64,000 nt of DNA from Candidatus Kuenenia stuttgartensis (GTDB lineage Bacteria; Planctomycetota; Planctomycetia; Pirellulales; UBA1268), in contig CAMCYH010000003.1 of the NCBI GenBank assembly GCA_945883745.1, positions 20 to 64,019 of the forward strand. Direction: 5' to 3'. How positions within the stretch are numbered: the first letter of the stretch is position 1; every line of letters starts with the position of its first letter. Below the pieces are notes generated by a model. The model had not been told where the DNA came from. It saw only the letters and a list, made by a program, of their open reading frames with translations, and ran no database searches. A program made the position numbers and the translations under genes. Shown in pieces: positions 9,107 to 18,205 of the stretch.

Positions 9107-9260
9107 GTTTTTCCCGCGGAGCGGATCGTCCGTCCGGGCTGGACACGTGCGGTGGCCAACGGGTATATCTTCCCCGGTCCCCGTGGTCGCTGTGGTTGCC
9201 CTGGTTGGCCGGCCCGCCCTACCGGGTTCGTTTTGCAGGTATGTCAGGAGGATTACAAAG

Positions 9261-9497
9261 GTGGCTTCAGTCCAAGATCGCGTGATCGACATCGTGGCGA
9301 CCCAACTGGGTGTGAGCAAGGAGCAGATCACCCCGGAGACGTCGTTCATCAATGACCTCGGTGCCGATTCGCTCGACACAGTTGAATTGGTCATGGAACT
9401 CGAGGAGGAGTTCGAGATCAATATCCCGGACGACGCTGCCGAGAAGATCCAGACCGTCGGCCAGGCGGTTGAGTTCATCGAAAAGCACCAGTCCTGA
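9261..9497 (+). CDS. acpP: acyl carrier protein
   Basis: GTG start preceded by AGGAGGA. The sequence is [51 protein letters not shown]..., with the phosphopantetheine-site motif DLGADSLD. Confidence 0.9.
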   Translation: MASVQDRVIDIVATQLGVSKEQITPETSFINDLGADSLDTVELVMELEEEFEINIPDDAAEKIQTVGQAVEFIEKHQS

Positions 9498-9518
9498 AAC
9501 CGCGGGCGCGTGACACGG

Positions 9519-10760
9519 ATGAAGCGTCGGGTCGTGGTGACGGGATTGGGTGTCGTCACATCTCTGGGACGAGCAGTCGAGACGTTCTGGGATCGCATCG
9601 TGCGCGGAGAGAGTGGCGTTGGGCCGATCGCGCTCTTTGACGTGTCTGGCTACCGCGTACAGTTTGGCGGCCAGGTGTTCTGGGAACCGGAGAAGGAAGG
9701 CGTCGCCGGCCCGAAGGAGCTCAAGCGGCTCGACCGTTTCACCCAATTTGCGATCGCATCGGCGAAGGATGCGGTAGCCGACTCGGGAATCGACTTCTCC
9801 AAGGAGGAGCCCTTCCGGTGCGGTGTGGTCATCGGCTCCGGCATCGGCGGACTGTGGGAGTTCGAGGTGCAGGAGGAGCGACTGCTTCACAAGGGCATCG
9901 ACAAGGTCTCTCCGTTCACGATCCCCAAGTTGATGGTCAATTCCGCCAGCGGTCATGTGTCGTCTCTTTACGGCATCAAGGGGCCCAACTTCGCCGTTGC
10001 CACAGCCTGCGCCAGTGCCGCCAATTCCATCGGGTCCGCCCTGCGGGCCATTCAATACGGTGACGCCGATGTGATGGTGACCGGCGGGAGCGAGGCGGCC
10101 CTCACCCCGATCGGTCTTGCCGGCTTTCAGAACATGCGGGCGCTTTCCTTCCGGGGCGATGCACCGCAGCGGGCCAGCCGCCCCTTCGATGCCGACCGCG
10201 ATGGATTCGTGCTTGCCGAGGGGGCCGGCGTGGTCGTGCTGGAAGAGCTCGAGCATGCTCGCGGCCGAGGAGCGAGGATCTACGGTGAGCTGATGGGCTA
10301 TGGGGCCAGTGGCGACGCCGGCCACATCACACAGCCCGACGACGAGGGCCGCGGTGCCGCTCAGGCGATGTCCATGGCCCTCCGTGACGCCGCGATCAAT
10401 CCCGACGCCGTGCAGTACATCAACGCCCACGGCACGAGCACGCCGCTGGGCGACAAGGCCGAGACGGCCGCCGTCAAGAAGGTATTCGGCCCTCATGCCC
10501 GCAGCCTGGCTGTATCGAGCACGAAGAGCCAACTCGGTCACACGCTCGGTGCCAGTGGTGGCATCGAGCTTGTGGTATGTGCGTTGACGGTGTCCCGCGG
10601 CCTGATCGCTCCCACGATCAATCTCGACACACCCGATCCGGCGTGCGACCTTGACTACACGCCCAACGTGGCCCGCGAGGCGAAGGTCGACGTGGCGATG
10701 AGCAACAGCTTCGGGTTTGGTGGGCACAATGCCAGCCTCGTGATGGGCGCGCTGAAATAG
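9519..10760 (+). CDS. fabF: beta-ketoacyl-ACP synthase II
   Basis: MKRRVVVTGLGVVTSLG is the N-terminus. The catalytic Cys lies in ATACASAANS, and the two His lie in NAHGTSTPLGD and SQLGHTLGASGG. The ORF could also start with GTG at 9510. Confidence 0.95.
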   Translation: MKRRVVVTGLGVVTSLGRAVETFWDRIVRGESGVGPIALFDVSGYRVQFGGQVFWEPEKEGVAGPKELKRLDRFTQFAIASAKDAVADSGIDFSKEEPFRCGVVIGSGIGGLWEFEVQEERLLHKGIDKVSPFTIPKLMVNSASGHVSSLYGIKGPNFAVATACASAANSIGSALRAIQYGDADVMVTGGSEAALTPIGLAGFQNMRALSFRGDAPQRASRPFDADRDGFVLAEGAGVVVLEELEHARGRGARIYGELMGYGASGDAGHITQPDDEGRGAAQAMSMALRDAAINPDAVQYINAHGTSTPLGDKAETAAVKKVFGPHARSLAVSSTKSQLGHTLGASGGIELVVCALTVSRGLIAPTINLDTPDPACDLDYTPNVAREAKVDVAMSNSFGFGGHNASLVMGALK

Positions 10761-10771
10761 CGTCGCACACA

Positions 10772-10938
10772 GGGGATCAGGGAAACCCTCCACTTCGGGG
10801 CGAGGATACGCCAACCCGCGTCGGGTTCAGCCGATCCCCGGCTCTCGTTGTGGTTTTTCAGAAACCGCCGAGGGCGGGTGAAGCCTCAGCGTCGGGGCGA
10901 GGATACGCCAACTCGCTTCGACTTCACCCGCCCTCGGC
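10772..10938. repeat. two tandem stem-loop modules, each carrying the same 21-mer in its loop
   Basis: TCGGGGCGAGGATACGCCAAC occurs at 10795-10815 and 10892-10912 (97-nt period). Module 1 is flanked by GGGGATC (10772-10778) and GATCCCC (10833-10839). Module 2 is flanked by a perfect 17-bp inverted repeat, GCCGAGGGCGGGTGAAG (10867-10883) and CTTCACCCGCCCTCGGC (10922-10938). Confidence 0.7.
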
Positions 10939-11002
10939 TCCCCAGGTAAGAAGACAAGGCAATCCACGTCGCGGGTATCGCTCGTCTGGAGAGGTTGCTG
11001 TG

Positions 11003-11980
11003 ATGCGTTGTTTTCGTTCGATCCTCCTCTGGCTGGTGCTGATCTTCCTGCCCGTGGTGAACCTGGCGGCGGAGTTGCCGGCGGATGCGGGGCAGGTCTG
11101 GCAGACCTATGACATCGGGCCGTTCGTGCAGGTGGCCGGGCCGGGGAGCCAAAAGCATGTCGTCGACTGGGTGCTCCAGGAGACCGGCTACGAGGCATGG
11201 CACGGTGATACGGTCGCCTCGCTCACGGCGTCGGATGCCGCGTTGCGGGTGTTTCATGCCGCGGAGATGCAGACCCGCGTGGCCGACGTCGTGAAGCGAT
11301 TCACGGTCGATGCCAGGGCGCCGCATCGATTTTCGGTGCGGGTGCTGGGGATTGGGAGTCCCGCGTGGCGGGCCGATGTGGGGCCCGCGATGCAGCCGAT
11401 CGCGGCAGCGACTCCGGGCGTCCATGCCTGGATCCTCTCCCGAGAGGCGGCGGCGATGCTGGTCGGGCGGTTGAAGGCGCGAGGCGATTGCCAGGAGCTT
11501 CCCACTGGCGCTACGCTGGCCGCCAACGGCGTGCCGACCGTTCTGGCCGGGGGGCGGACGCGGCAGTATGTGAAGGATGTGGCTGTGCGGCCCGACGCGT
11601 GGCCTGGCTGGCAGCGGCTCGACGCCAACTGCGGCGAAGGTTTTGAACTCGACGTGCACCCGTTGATCACCACCGACCGCATGGCGGTCGAGGCGGTGGT
11701 TCGCTGCCGGATTGACCAGATCGAGCGAATGGCAGCCGTGACGGTGACCGCCCCAACCGCCGATCGCCAGCGTGTCCAGATCGAGGTGCCGCAGATGTCG
11801 GCCGTGCGAATCGGAGAACGGTTTCGGTGGCCGGCCAGCCAGTGCCTCGTGATCGGTCTGGGCTTGGTGCCTTGGCCGGTTCCCGGTCAGAATGCTGCCT
11901 CCACCGCGGCACTGCTCACCGATGCCAAGCGGACCGATGTGCTCGTCGTGGTGGAGCCGCGGCTGGCCGCAGGTCCTTAG
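11003..11980 (+). CDS. hypothetical secreted protein (325 aa)
   Basis: This is an internal ATG of ORF 10850..11980, preceded by GGAGAGG. It starts MRCFRSILLWLVLIFLPVVNLAAE, which is signal-like. I recognise no family. The upstream part of the ORF runs through the repeat element. Confidence 0.6.
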   Translation: MRCFRSILLWLVLIFLPVVNLAAELPADAGQVWQTYDIGPFVQVAGPGSQKHVVDWVLQETGYEAWHGDTVASLTASDAALRVFHAAEMQTRVADVVKRFTVDARAPHRFSVRVLGIGSPAWRADVGPAMQPIAAATPGVHAWILSREAAAMLVGRLKARGDCQELPTGATLAANGVPTVLAGGRTRQYVKDVAVRPDAWPGWQRLDANCGEGFELDVHPLITTDRMAVEAVVRCRIDQIERMAAVTVTAPTADRQRVQIEVPQMSAVRIGERFRWPASQCLVIGLGLVPWPVPGQNAASTAALLTDAKRTDVLVVVEPRLAAGP

Positions 11981-12038
11981 CCTCATGCTAGGATCGCGGC
12001 CCGATCTGTTCCCCGTGTGGAGTGTCAGGAATCCTTTG

Positions 12039-13382
12039 ATGAGTCAGCCAGTGAGCCAACCAGCAGAACGTCGTGTCGTTGTCACCGGGATGGGTTTGGT
12101 ATCGCCGTTGGGCCTCACGCTGGACGACCTGTGGGCGGGCCTCGTCGAGGGCCGCAGCGGAGTGGGCCCGATCGAGTCCTTTCCCTGCTCCGGGCTACCG
12201 TTGACCCATGCCGCCGAGGCCCGCTGTTTCACTGGCAACATCGATGATTTCGGCATGCTGCCGGCCGAGTGCAAGAAGGCGATTCGGAAGGGGCTGAAGG
12301 TCATGTGCCGCGAAAGCCAGATGGCCGTTGCGGCAGCGCAGCGGGCCCTCCACGACGGCGGCTTCGCCCCGGAGGCCCATGAACCGGAACGCTTCGGCTG
12401 CGTCTTTGGCTCGGATTACATGCTGACGTTGCCTGAGGACTTCACGGCGAGCGTGGCCGCATGCCGCGATCCGGACGGGCGATTTTCGTTTGCGCAGTGG
12501 GCGGACCGCGGGCTTCCGTTGCTCAACCCGCTCTGGCTGCTCAAGTATCTGCCCAACATGCCCGCCTCCCACATCGCGATCTACAACGATTTGCGAGGAC
12601 CGAGCAATTCGATCACCATTCGCGAAGCGAGCGGCCACCTCGCGATCGGTGAGGCGGTGATGACGATCCAGCGGGGAGCGGCCGACATCATGCTGGCCGG
12701 ATCGACTGGCACTCGCGTGCATCCCATGAAGACCGTGCATGCCCTGCAGAACGAGCAGGTCGCCACGGGTGGTATCGGTCTCACGTCGCCCGATGCCTGG
12801 AGCCGGCCGTTCGACAAGGGGCGTACCGGGATGGTGCTGGGCGAGGGGGCGGCGGTGCTCGTGCTGGAGGAACTTGAGCATGCCCGCGGCCGCGGTGCCC
12901 GCATCTATGGTGAGGTGATCGGCCACGCGGCCCGTTCGGCCACGCGACCGGATCGTCCAGGCACGCGACGAGAGACAGTCAAACTCGTCATGCGTCAGGC
13001 GCTTGCCGGAGCCGGCTTGGCGGCCGCCGCGGTCGGCCACATCCATGCCCAGGGGCTGAGCACCGTGGGAGGGGATCGCGATGAGGCGGCCGCGATCCAC
13101 GATGTGTTTGCCGATGCAGCGGCCTCGATACCGACGGTGGCGGCGAAGAGCCATTTCGGCAACCTCGGGGCGGGAAGTGGGATCGTGGAGTGCATCGGGA
13201 GCCTGCTGGCCATGCAGCATGGCGAACTGTTTCCGCTGCTCAACTATGAAACCGCCGATCCCGAGTGCCCGGTGCGGCCGGCTCGACGAGGCGATGCCCC
13301 TGGCCAGATCTTCATTTCATCTGCCGTCACGCCGCAGGGACAGGCTGGGTCGGTCGTGATTCGTGGCTGGAAATCCAGTTGA
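12039..13382 (+). CDS. ketosynthase-fold protein lacking the Cys-His-His triad (KAS II paralogue; chain-length-factor-like)
   Basis: MSQPVSQPAERRVVVTGMGLVSPLG aligns along its whole length with the neighbouring FabF. The two share an identical 18-aa block, VLEELEHARGRGARIYGE. The catalytic Cys position reads Glu (ITIREASGH), the first His reads Gln (HAQGLST) and the second His reads Asn (HFGNLGAG). Confidence 0.85.
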   Translation: MSQPVSQPAERRVVVTGMGLVSPLGLTLDDLWAGLVEGRSGVGPIESFPCSGLPLTHAAEARCFTGNIDDFGMLPAECKKAIRKGLKVMCRESQMAVAAAQRALHDGGFAPEAHEPERFGCVFGSDYMLTLPEDFTASVAACRDPDGRFSFAQWADRGLPLLNPLWLLKYLPNMPASHIAIYNDLRGPSNSITIREASGHLAIGEAVMTIQRGAADIMLAGSTGTRVHPMKTVHALQNEQVATGGIGLTSPDAWSRPFDKGRTGMVLGEGAAVLVLEELEHARGRGARIYGEVIGHAARSATRPDRPGTRRETVKLVMRQALAGAGLAAAAVGHIHAQGLSTVGGDRDEAAAIHDVFADAAASIPTVAAKSHFGNLGAGSGIVECIGSLLAMQHGELFPLLNYETADPECPVRPARRGDAPGQIFISSAVTPQGQAGSVVIRGWKSS

Positions 13383-13420
13383 TCGCGGTTCTGTTGCAGC
13401 TGCCCAACCGCCGCCGCTCC

Positions 13421-13449
13421 TTGACAGTTTGCAGCCGGCACCGTACCTT
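13421..13449 (+). promoter_or_regulatory. candidate sigma70-type promoter upstream of nusA
   Basis: TTGACA (13421-13426), a 17-nt spacer, then TACCTT (13444-13449), about 230 nt upstream of the nusA ATG. This is a pattern match only. Confidence 0.3.
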
Positions 13450-13679
13450 TTCCAAGTTGCGTTGACTGTCGATGGCAGAGGCTGCTGGTTCGCGGATACT
13501 GTTCCAAACATCCTGCACAAAGATCTCGTGGTTGATGGATCTTGTGTTTTGGGAGGGTGTTTCGGCGCCCATGATGGGATTGGCGTCGCCTGTTCCGGCA
13601 CTGCCATTCCATGGGATGCGCATCGCCCGAAACACGTAGGTGCCGAACAGCCACGCCGGAAACGGCGTCCGAGAATTCC

Positions 13680-15020
13680 ATGAAGCCAGACGAAATCCTT
13701 CGTATCGTCGACGCCATCCATCGCGACAAGAATATCGACAAGGAAATCGTCTTTCAGGCGATTGAGTCGGCCTTGGTAACCGCTCTTGTCCGCCAGTACG
13801 GTGAGGGCGCCGCGATCACGATCCAAATCGATCGCCAGGATGGCCGCCTGAGCGGTACCCACGACGGTGTCGAAATCGATACCCAGGAACTTTCTGGACG
13901 CATCGGTGCGCAGACTGCCAAGCAGGTGATCATTCAAAAGATCCGCGAGGCCGAGCGTGATGCGATTCACGACGAGTTTGAAGAGCAGATCGGGCAGATG
14001 GTGTCTGGCGTGGTGACGCGGAGCGAAGGTGCCGCCGCCACCGTCTCGCTTGGGGGTACAGAGGCGATTCTGCCGCGTAGTGAGCAGATTCCCGGCGAGA
14101 ACTACCACGCGAACGAGCGGATACGGGCCACCATCTTCGAGGTGCGGAAGGTCGGCAGCCGTGTGAAGATCATCCTCTCACGGATTCGCCCGCAGCTCGT
14201 TCAGCGCCTCTTCGAACAGGAGATTCCGGAGATCGCCGATGGCGTTATCGAAATTCGTGCCATCTCCCGCGAACCGGGGTATCGAAGTAAGGTGGCGGTC
14301 ATCAGTTCCGACGCCCGTGTTGATTGCGTTGGAGCCTGCGTCGGCGTGCGGGGGAATCGCATCAAGAACATCGTCGAAGAACTCGGAGGCGAGCGGATCG
14401 ACATCGTGCGTTGGAGCGACGACCTGCAGGTACTCGTGCCCAACGCGTTGCAGCCGGCCGAGATTGACGAGGTGATTCTCTGTCAGATGCTCGGTCGTGG
14501 CATCGTGTTGGTTCGTGAGGACCAGCTTTCGTTGGCGATCGGGCGACGCGGGCAGAATGTGCGTCTGGCCAGCAAGTTGTGTGGCTGGGACATCGAGATC
14601 ATGACGCGCGAGGAACTCGATCAACAAATCGAGCGGGCCATCGCCGGCTTCTCGTCGATCGAGGGTCTTGATGAATCGGTCGCTGAGCGGCTCGTTGGCG
14701 AGGGTTTTCTGTCATACGATGATCTTTCGGTGATTGAGCCCGAAGATCTCATGGAGATGGGTGAGTTGTCGGCCGAAGCCGTTGATGCGATCGTCGCACA
14801 GGCTGAGGAGCGAGCCACGATGGCCGAGGTGGCGGCTGCCGATGAGCGGCGCAAGCAGCGGGAACTCGAACGGATTGCAAAGGCAACCGCCGATGCTGAT
14901 GCGGCCGAAGCGGCCGGTGACGGTCAGGCCGACGAGACAGCCGGCTCGGCGGATGAGACTGTCTCCAGCGAGGCAGTCGCGGCAGATGGTTCTCAGGCGG
15001 CCAGCGGCGAAGCGTCGTGA
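13680..15020 (+). CDS. nusA: transcription termination/antitermination factor NusA
   Basis: [32 protein letters not shown] is followed by S1 and KH regions and an acidic C-terminal tail. The gene sits in nusA-infB-rbfA synteny. Confidence 0.95.
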   Translation: MKPDEILRIVDAIHRDKNIDKEIVFQAIESALVTALVRQYGEGAAITIQIDRQDGRLSGTHDGVEIDTQELSGRIGAQTAKQVIIQKIREAERDAIHDEFEEQIGQMVSGVVTRSEGAAATVSLGGTEAILPRSEQIPGENYHANERIRATIFEVRKVGSRVKIILSRIRPQLVQRLFEQEIPEIADGVIEIRAISREPGYRSKVAVISSDARVDCVGACVGVRGNRIKNIVEELGGERIDIVRWSDDLQVLVPNALQPAEIDEVILCQMLGRGIVLVREDQLSLAIGRRGQNVRLASKLCGWDIEIMTREELDQQIERAIAGFSSIEGLDESVAERLVGEGFLSYDDLSVIEPEDLMEMGELSAEAVDAIVAQAEERATMAEVAAADERRKQRELERIAKATADADAAEAAGDGQADETAGSADETVSSEAVAADGSQAASGEAS

Positions 15021-15119
15021 TGAAGACGGCGGCGCCACAACGAACATTGGTCGGTGTGCGGAGGAAGTCACAGCGGTCGCAGGACGGACAACAAGACGGT
15101 TTGGCCCGGGGAGTTTGGC

Positions 15120-17822
15120 GTGGCAGTTCGGATTTATACACTCGCAAAAGAACTGAAGATCGACAGCAAAGAGCTTGTCGAACTGTGCGGCCGCGCTGGA
15201 ATTCACGACAAAGGGTCGGCCCTGGCCAGCATGACCGACCAGGAGGTGGCCAAGCTCAAGGAATTCATCGCCAGCAAGTCTCGGCCGGCTGAGCGGCCGG
15301 CCCCGGCGAAGCCACCCGTCAGGCCACCTGCGGCGGGGACACTCCGCCGCGAAGATTACATCGCTCCGGCGGGTGTTGCTGCACGCGTTGGCCAGCCGGA
15401 GGTACCGCCTGCCGCGCCGGTTGCCACGTCCAAGCCTGCCGAGCCAGTGGCCCCGGTGGTCAAGCCTGCAGCTCCGGTGACTCCGGCACCTCCAGTTCCT
15501 ACGGCTCCTGCGGCGGGCACTCCCCCGCCTGCCGCACCGCGGCCTCGGCCAGGGGGCGGTCGCAGCACCGCAAAGCCAGTCCCTCGGCCTACGTTCAAGC
15601 TTGCTCCGCTGCCCGCCGCTTCGCGGCCCCCCGTGACTCGCTCCAGTCAAGAGCCAGCGGCGCAGAAGCCAGACGTGAAACTCCCGATGGACGCCATTCG
15701 CAGCGCCAAGGCTGGTGGCACCAAGCCGCTGGCAGACCACATGCGAAAGCATGAGGAGCGGCATGCTGCCGGTCGTCCGCCGCTGGGTGGACTCGCTCGT
15801 GGGGGCGGCCGCGGCGGGCCGATGCCGGTGCCCCCTCCGATGGAGCCGGGCGTGCGACCGCGGCGAACGCCTTCCAAGGGCCAGGATGGCAAGCCTGACG
15901 ACCTGCTGGGAGGCCGTGACCAGCGTCAGATCGGCCGCAAGCGTGTCAGCGATTCACGGCTTGGAGACGACGAAGAGGGCCGCGGTCGTCGCCGGCGGCC
16001 CCGGCAGCGGCGGGGCGCCTCCGTGTCGACAGCGGCTCCGCGCAAGACCAACGCCGCCATCCAGGTGCCGTGTACGGTTCGGGCGTTCTCCGAGGCCATC
16101 GGTCTTTCGGCGAGTGATGTGCTTCGCAAACTCCTCGAGTTTGGCATGGAGCAGATGCCGAGCATGAGCTCCATGCTCGACCGCGAAACGGTGGAACTCC
16201 TGGCCGCCGAACTCGGTGTGCAGCTCGACATCAAGACACCGGAAGACCTCGAGAAGGAATTGGTCGTCGGTTTTGATGCCATTGACGAAGATCCATCCCT
16301 GCGGACACCACGGGCTCCTGTGGTCACATTCCTCGGCCATGTCGATCACGGAAAGACATCTCTACTCGACAAGATCCTCAAGAGCGATGTGGCGGCCCGC
16401 GAGAGTGGCGGAATCACCCAGCACATCCGGGCCTATTCGGTCGATCACCAGGGTAGGTCGGTCACCTTCGTCGACACTCCGGGTCACGAAGCCTTCACGC
16501 AAATGCGGGCGCGGGGTGCGAACGTCACCGACTGTGCGGTGCTAGTCGTTGCCGCGGATGACGGAATCATGCCGCAGACCGAGGAGGCGATCAGCCATGC
16601 CCGGGCGGCTGGCGTGCCGATCGTCGTCTGTATCAATAAGATCGATCTTCCCGGGGCCAACATCGATCGCATCTATCAGCAACTTGCCGCCAACGAACTG
16701 CTGCCGACCGAGTGGGGCGGTGACACCGAAGTGGTGAAGACCAGTGCCCTTACCGGCGAAGGCATCGAAGGGCTCCTCGACACGCTGCTGACGATTGCCG
16801 AACTGCACGACCTGCGGGCCAATGTGGACCGCTCGGCTGCGGGTGTTTGCCTTGATGCCGCGGTGCACGAAGGACGAGGTGTCGTGGCGACGGTCCTCGT
16901 ACAGAAGGGCACACTGCGGGTCGGTGATGCGATCGTCTGCGGCGAAGCCAGTGGCCACGTGAAGTCGATGCAAGACACCCTGACCCGTCGCAAGGTCACC
17001 GAGGCCTGGCCGTCGCGGCCGGTTTTTGTGAGTGGTCTTGATATCGCCCCCAATGCCGGAGAACGGTTCCAGGTGGTCGAGTCGATCGCCATGGCCCGTG
17101 AGGTGGCAGTGAAACGGAGCGACATCCGGCGGCATTCAGCCCTTGTCAGTGCTCCGGTGCATGTCACGTTCGAAAACCTGCTCGACCGTCTGGGGGCCGA
17201 AAAGACGCCCACGCTCAACCTCATCATTCGCGCGGACGTGCGGGGGTCGATCGAGGCCATCCTCAAGGAACTTCAGAAACTGGACCACCCGGAGGTCAAG
17301 ATCCGGGTGCTGCAGGCGACCGTTGGTGGCGTTACCGAGGCTGATGTGCAGTTGGCAGACGCCTCGGACGCTGTGATCATCGGCTTCAACGTCGTGCCCG
17401 ATGAGCGGGCCCGGTCGTTGGCGGAGGATCGTGGGGTGCAGGTTCGGCGGTACGAAATCATCTACCAGGTCACCGATGACCTGCGAAATGCCCTGGAGGG
17501 CATGCTTGCACCTGAGAAGCGGGAAGCCGAACTCGGGCGGGCTGTCGTGCAGCGGACGTTCTCGATCAGCCGGCTGGGTGTTATTGCCGGCTGCCGCGTG
17601 ATTGCCGGCATCATCGCCCGCAATGGGCGTCTACGGGTGATTCGCGACAGCCGTGTGATCGGCGACTACGGCATCGATTCACTGAAGCGCGAGAAGGATG
17701 ACGCTCGCGAGGTGCGTGACGGGTTGGAATGCGGCATCAAGGTTGCCGGCTTCAATGATGTGAAGGAGGGCGACATCCTCGAGTGCTACCGGATCGAGGA
17801 AGTCGCACGCACGCTCTCGTGA
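15120..17822 (+). CDS. infB: translation initiation factor IF-2
   Basis: GTG start with [24 protein letters not shown] Pro/Ala-rich linker follows, then the GTPase motifs [20 protein letters not shown] and NKID. The start is uncertain within ORF 15054..17822. Confidence 0.95.
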   Translation: MAVRIYTLAKELKIDSKELVELCGRAGIHDKGSALASMTDQEVAKLKEFIASKSRPAERPAPAKPPVRPPAAGTLRREDYIAPAGVAARVGQPEVPPAAPVATSKPAEPVAPVVKPAAPVTPAPPVPTAPAAGTPPPAAPRPRPGGGRSTAKPVPRPTFKLAPLPAASRPPVTRSSQEPAAQKPDVKLPMDAIRSAKAGGTKPLADHMRKHEERHAAGRPPLGGLARGGGRGGPMPVPPPMEPGVRPRRTPSKGQDGKPDDLLGGRDQRQIGRKRVSDSRLGDDEEGRGRRRRPRQRRGASVSTAAPRKTNAAIQVPCTVRAFSEAIGLSASDVLRKLLEFGMEQMPSMSSMLDRETVELLAAELGVQLDIKTPEDLEKELVVGFDAIDEDPSLRTPRAPVVTFLGHVDHGKTSLLDKILKSDVAARESGGITQHIRAYSVDHQGRSVTFVDTPGHEAFTQMRARGANVTDCAVLVVAADDGIMPQTEEAISHARAAGVPIVVCINKIDLPGANIDRIYQQLAANELLPTEWGGDTEVVKTSALTGEGIEGLLDTLLTIAELHDLRANVDRSAAGVCLDAAVHEGRGVVATVLVQKGTLRVGDAIVCGEASGHVKSMQDTLTRRKVTEAWPSRPVFVSGLDIAPNAGERFQVVESIAMAREVAVKRSDIRRHSALVSAPVHVTFENLLDRLGAEKTPTLNLIIRADVRGSIEAILKELQKLDHPEVKIRVLQATVGGVTEADVQLADASDAVIIGFNVVPDERARSLAEDRGVQVRRYEIIYQVTDDLRNALEGMLAPEKREAELGRAVVQRTFSISRLGVIAGCRVIAGIIARNGRLRVIRDSRVIGDYGIDSLKREKDDAREVRDGLECGIKVAGFNDVKEGDILECYRIEEVARTLS

Positions 17823-18205
17823 GTTCACGACGATTACTCAAGGCTGCCGAGGCGGTTCGAGAGGTGGTCAGCATGGCCATCCTTACGCAGGTGCGTGATC
17901 CGCGTGTGAAAGACGTGACGGTCACCCGCGTCGAGATGTTGCCAGACATGCGATCGGCCGTCATCTATGTGTCGGTGATGGGCAACGACACGAAGCAGGA
18001 ACTCGCCCTGCGAGGGCTGAACAGTTCCGCTGGTTTTTTGCAGGCCCAGATCGCCGAGCGGATCGAGACTCGCTACACACCGCGGCTCACTTTCAAACTC
18101 GACGGCGGTGTGAAACGCTCGCTTGAAATCGCCCGTGTGCTCGACGAAGTGCTCCCGAACACCGCGGTCGCTGCGGCTGCGGACCCCACCCAGGAAGACG
18201 CATGA
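17819..18205 (+). CDS. rbfA: ribosome-binding factor A
   Basis: RRLLKAAEAVREVVSMAILTQVRDPRVKDVTVTRVEMLPDMRSAVIYVS. The GTG start overlaps the infB stop (GTGA). Confidence 0.85.
   Translation: MSSRRLLKAAEAVREVVSMAILTQVRDPRVKDVTVTRVEMLPDMRSAVIYVSVMGNDTKQELALRGLNSSAGFLQAQIAERIETRYTPRLTFKLDGGVKRSLEIARVLDEVLPNTAVAAAADPTQEDA

Noticed and set aside
8303-9598. Long antisense ORFs with no annotated partner. These include 8303..9598 (431 aa), 9267..10814 (515 aa), 14712..15764, 18813..20513 (566 aa), 33708..35555 (615 aa), 50852..52060 and 61968..63182.
   Set aside because: Each lies opposite a gene with unmistakable conserved motifs (fabG/acpP, fabF, infB, yebC, serA, mutM, a TPR protein). Their translations are Arg/Pro/Gly/His-rich and low complexity. 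That is the expected stop-codon-poor antisense frame in high-GC DNA.
10772-10938. The intergenic direct repeats (also 20242-20406 and 63462-63603) as a CRISPR array.
   Set aside because: Each has only two copies. The periods are irregular (97, 137 and 75 nt). The repeats are embedded in palindromes rather than separated by unique spacers, and there are no cas genes in the window.
15290-15660. The Pro/Ala-rich stretch of infB (and the Lys/Pro/Ala tail at 18880-19392) as DNA-level tandem repeats or a hidden element.
   Set aside because: These are compositional low complexity at the protein level, without a fixed nucleotide period. Such linkers are common in IF-2 N-terminal regions.
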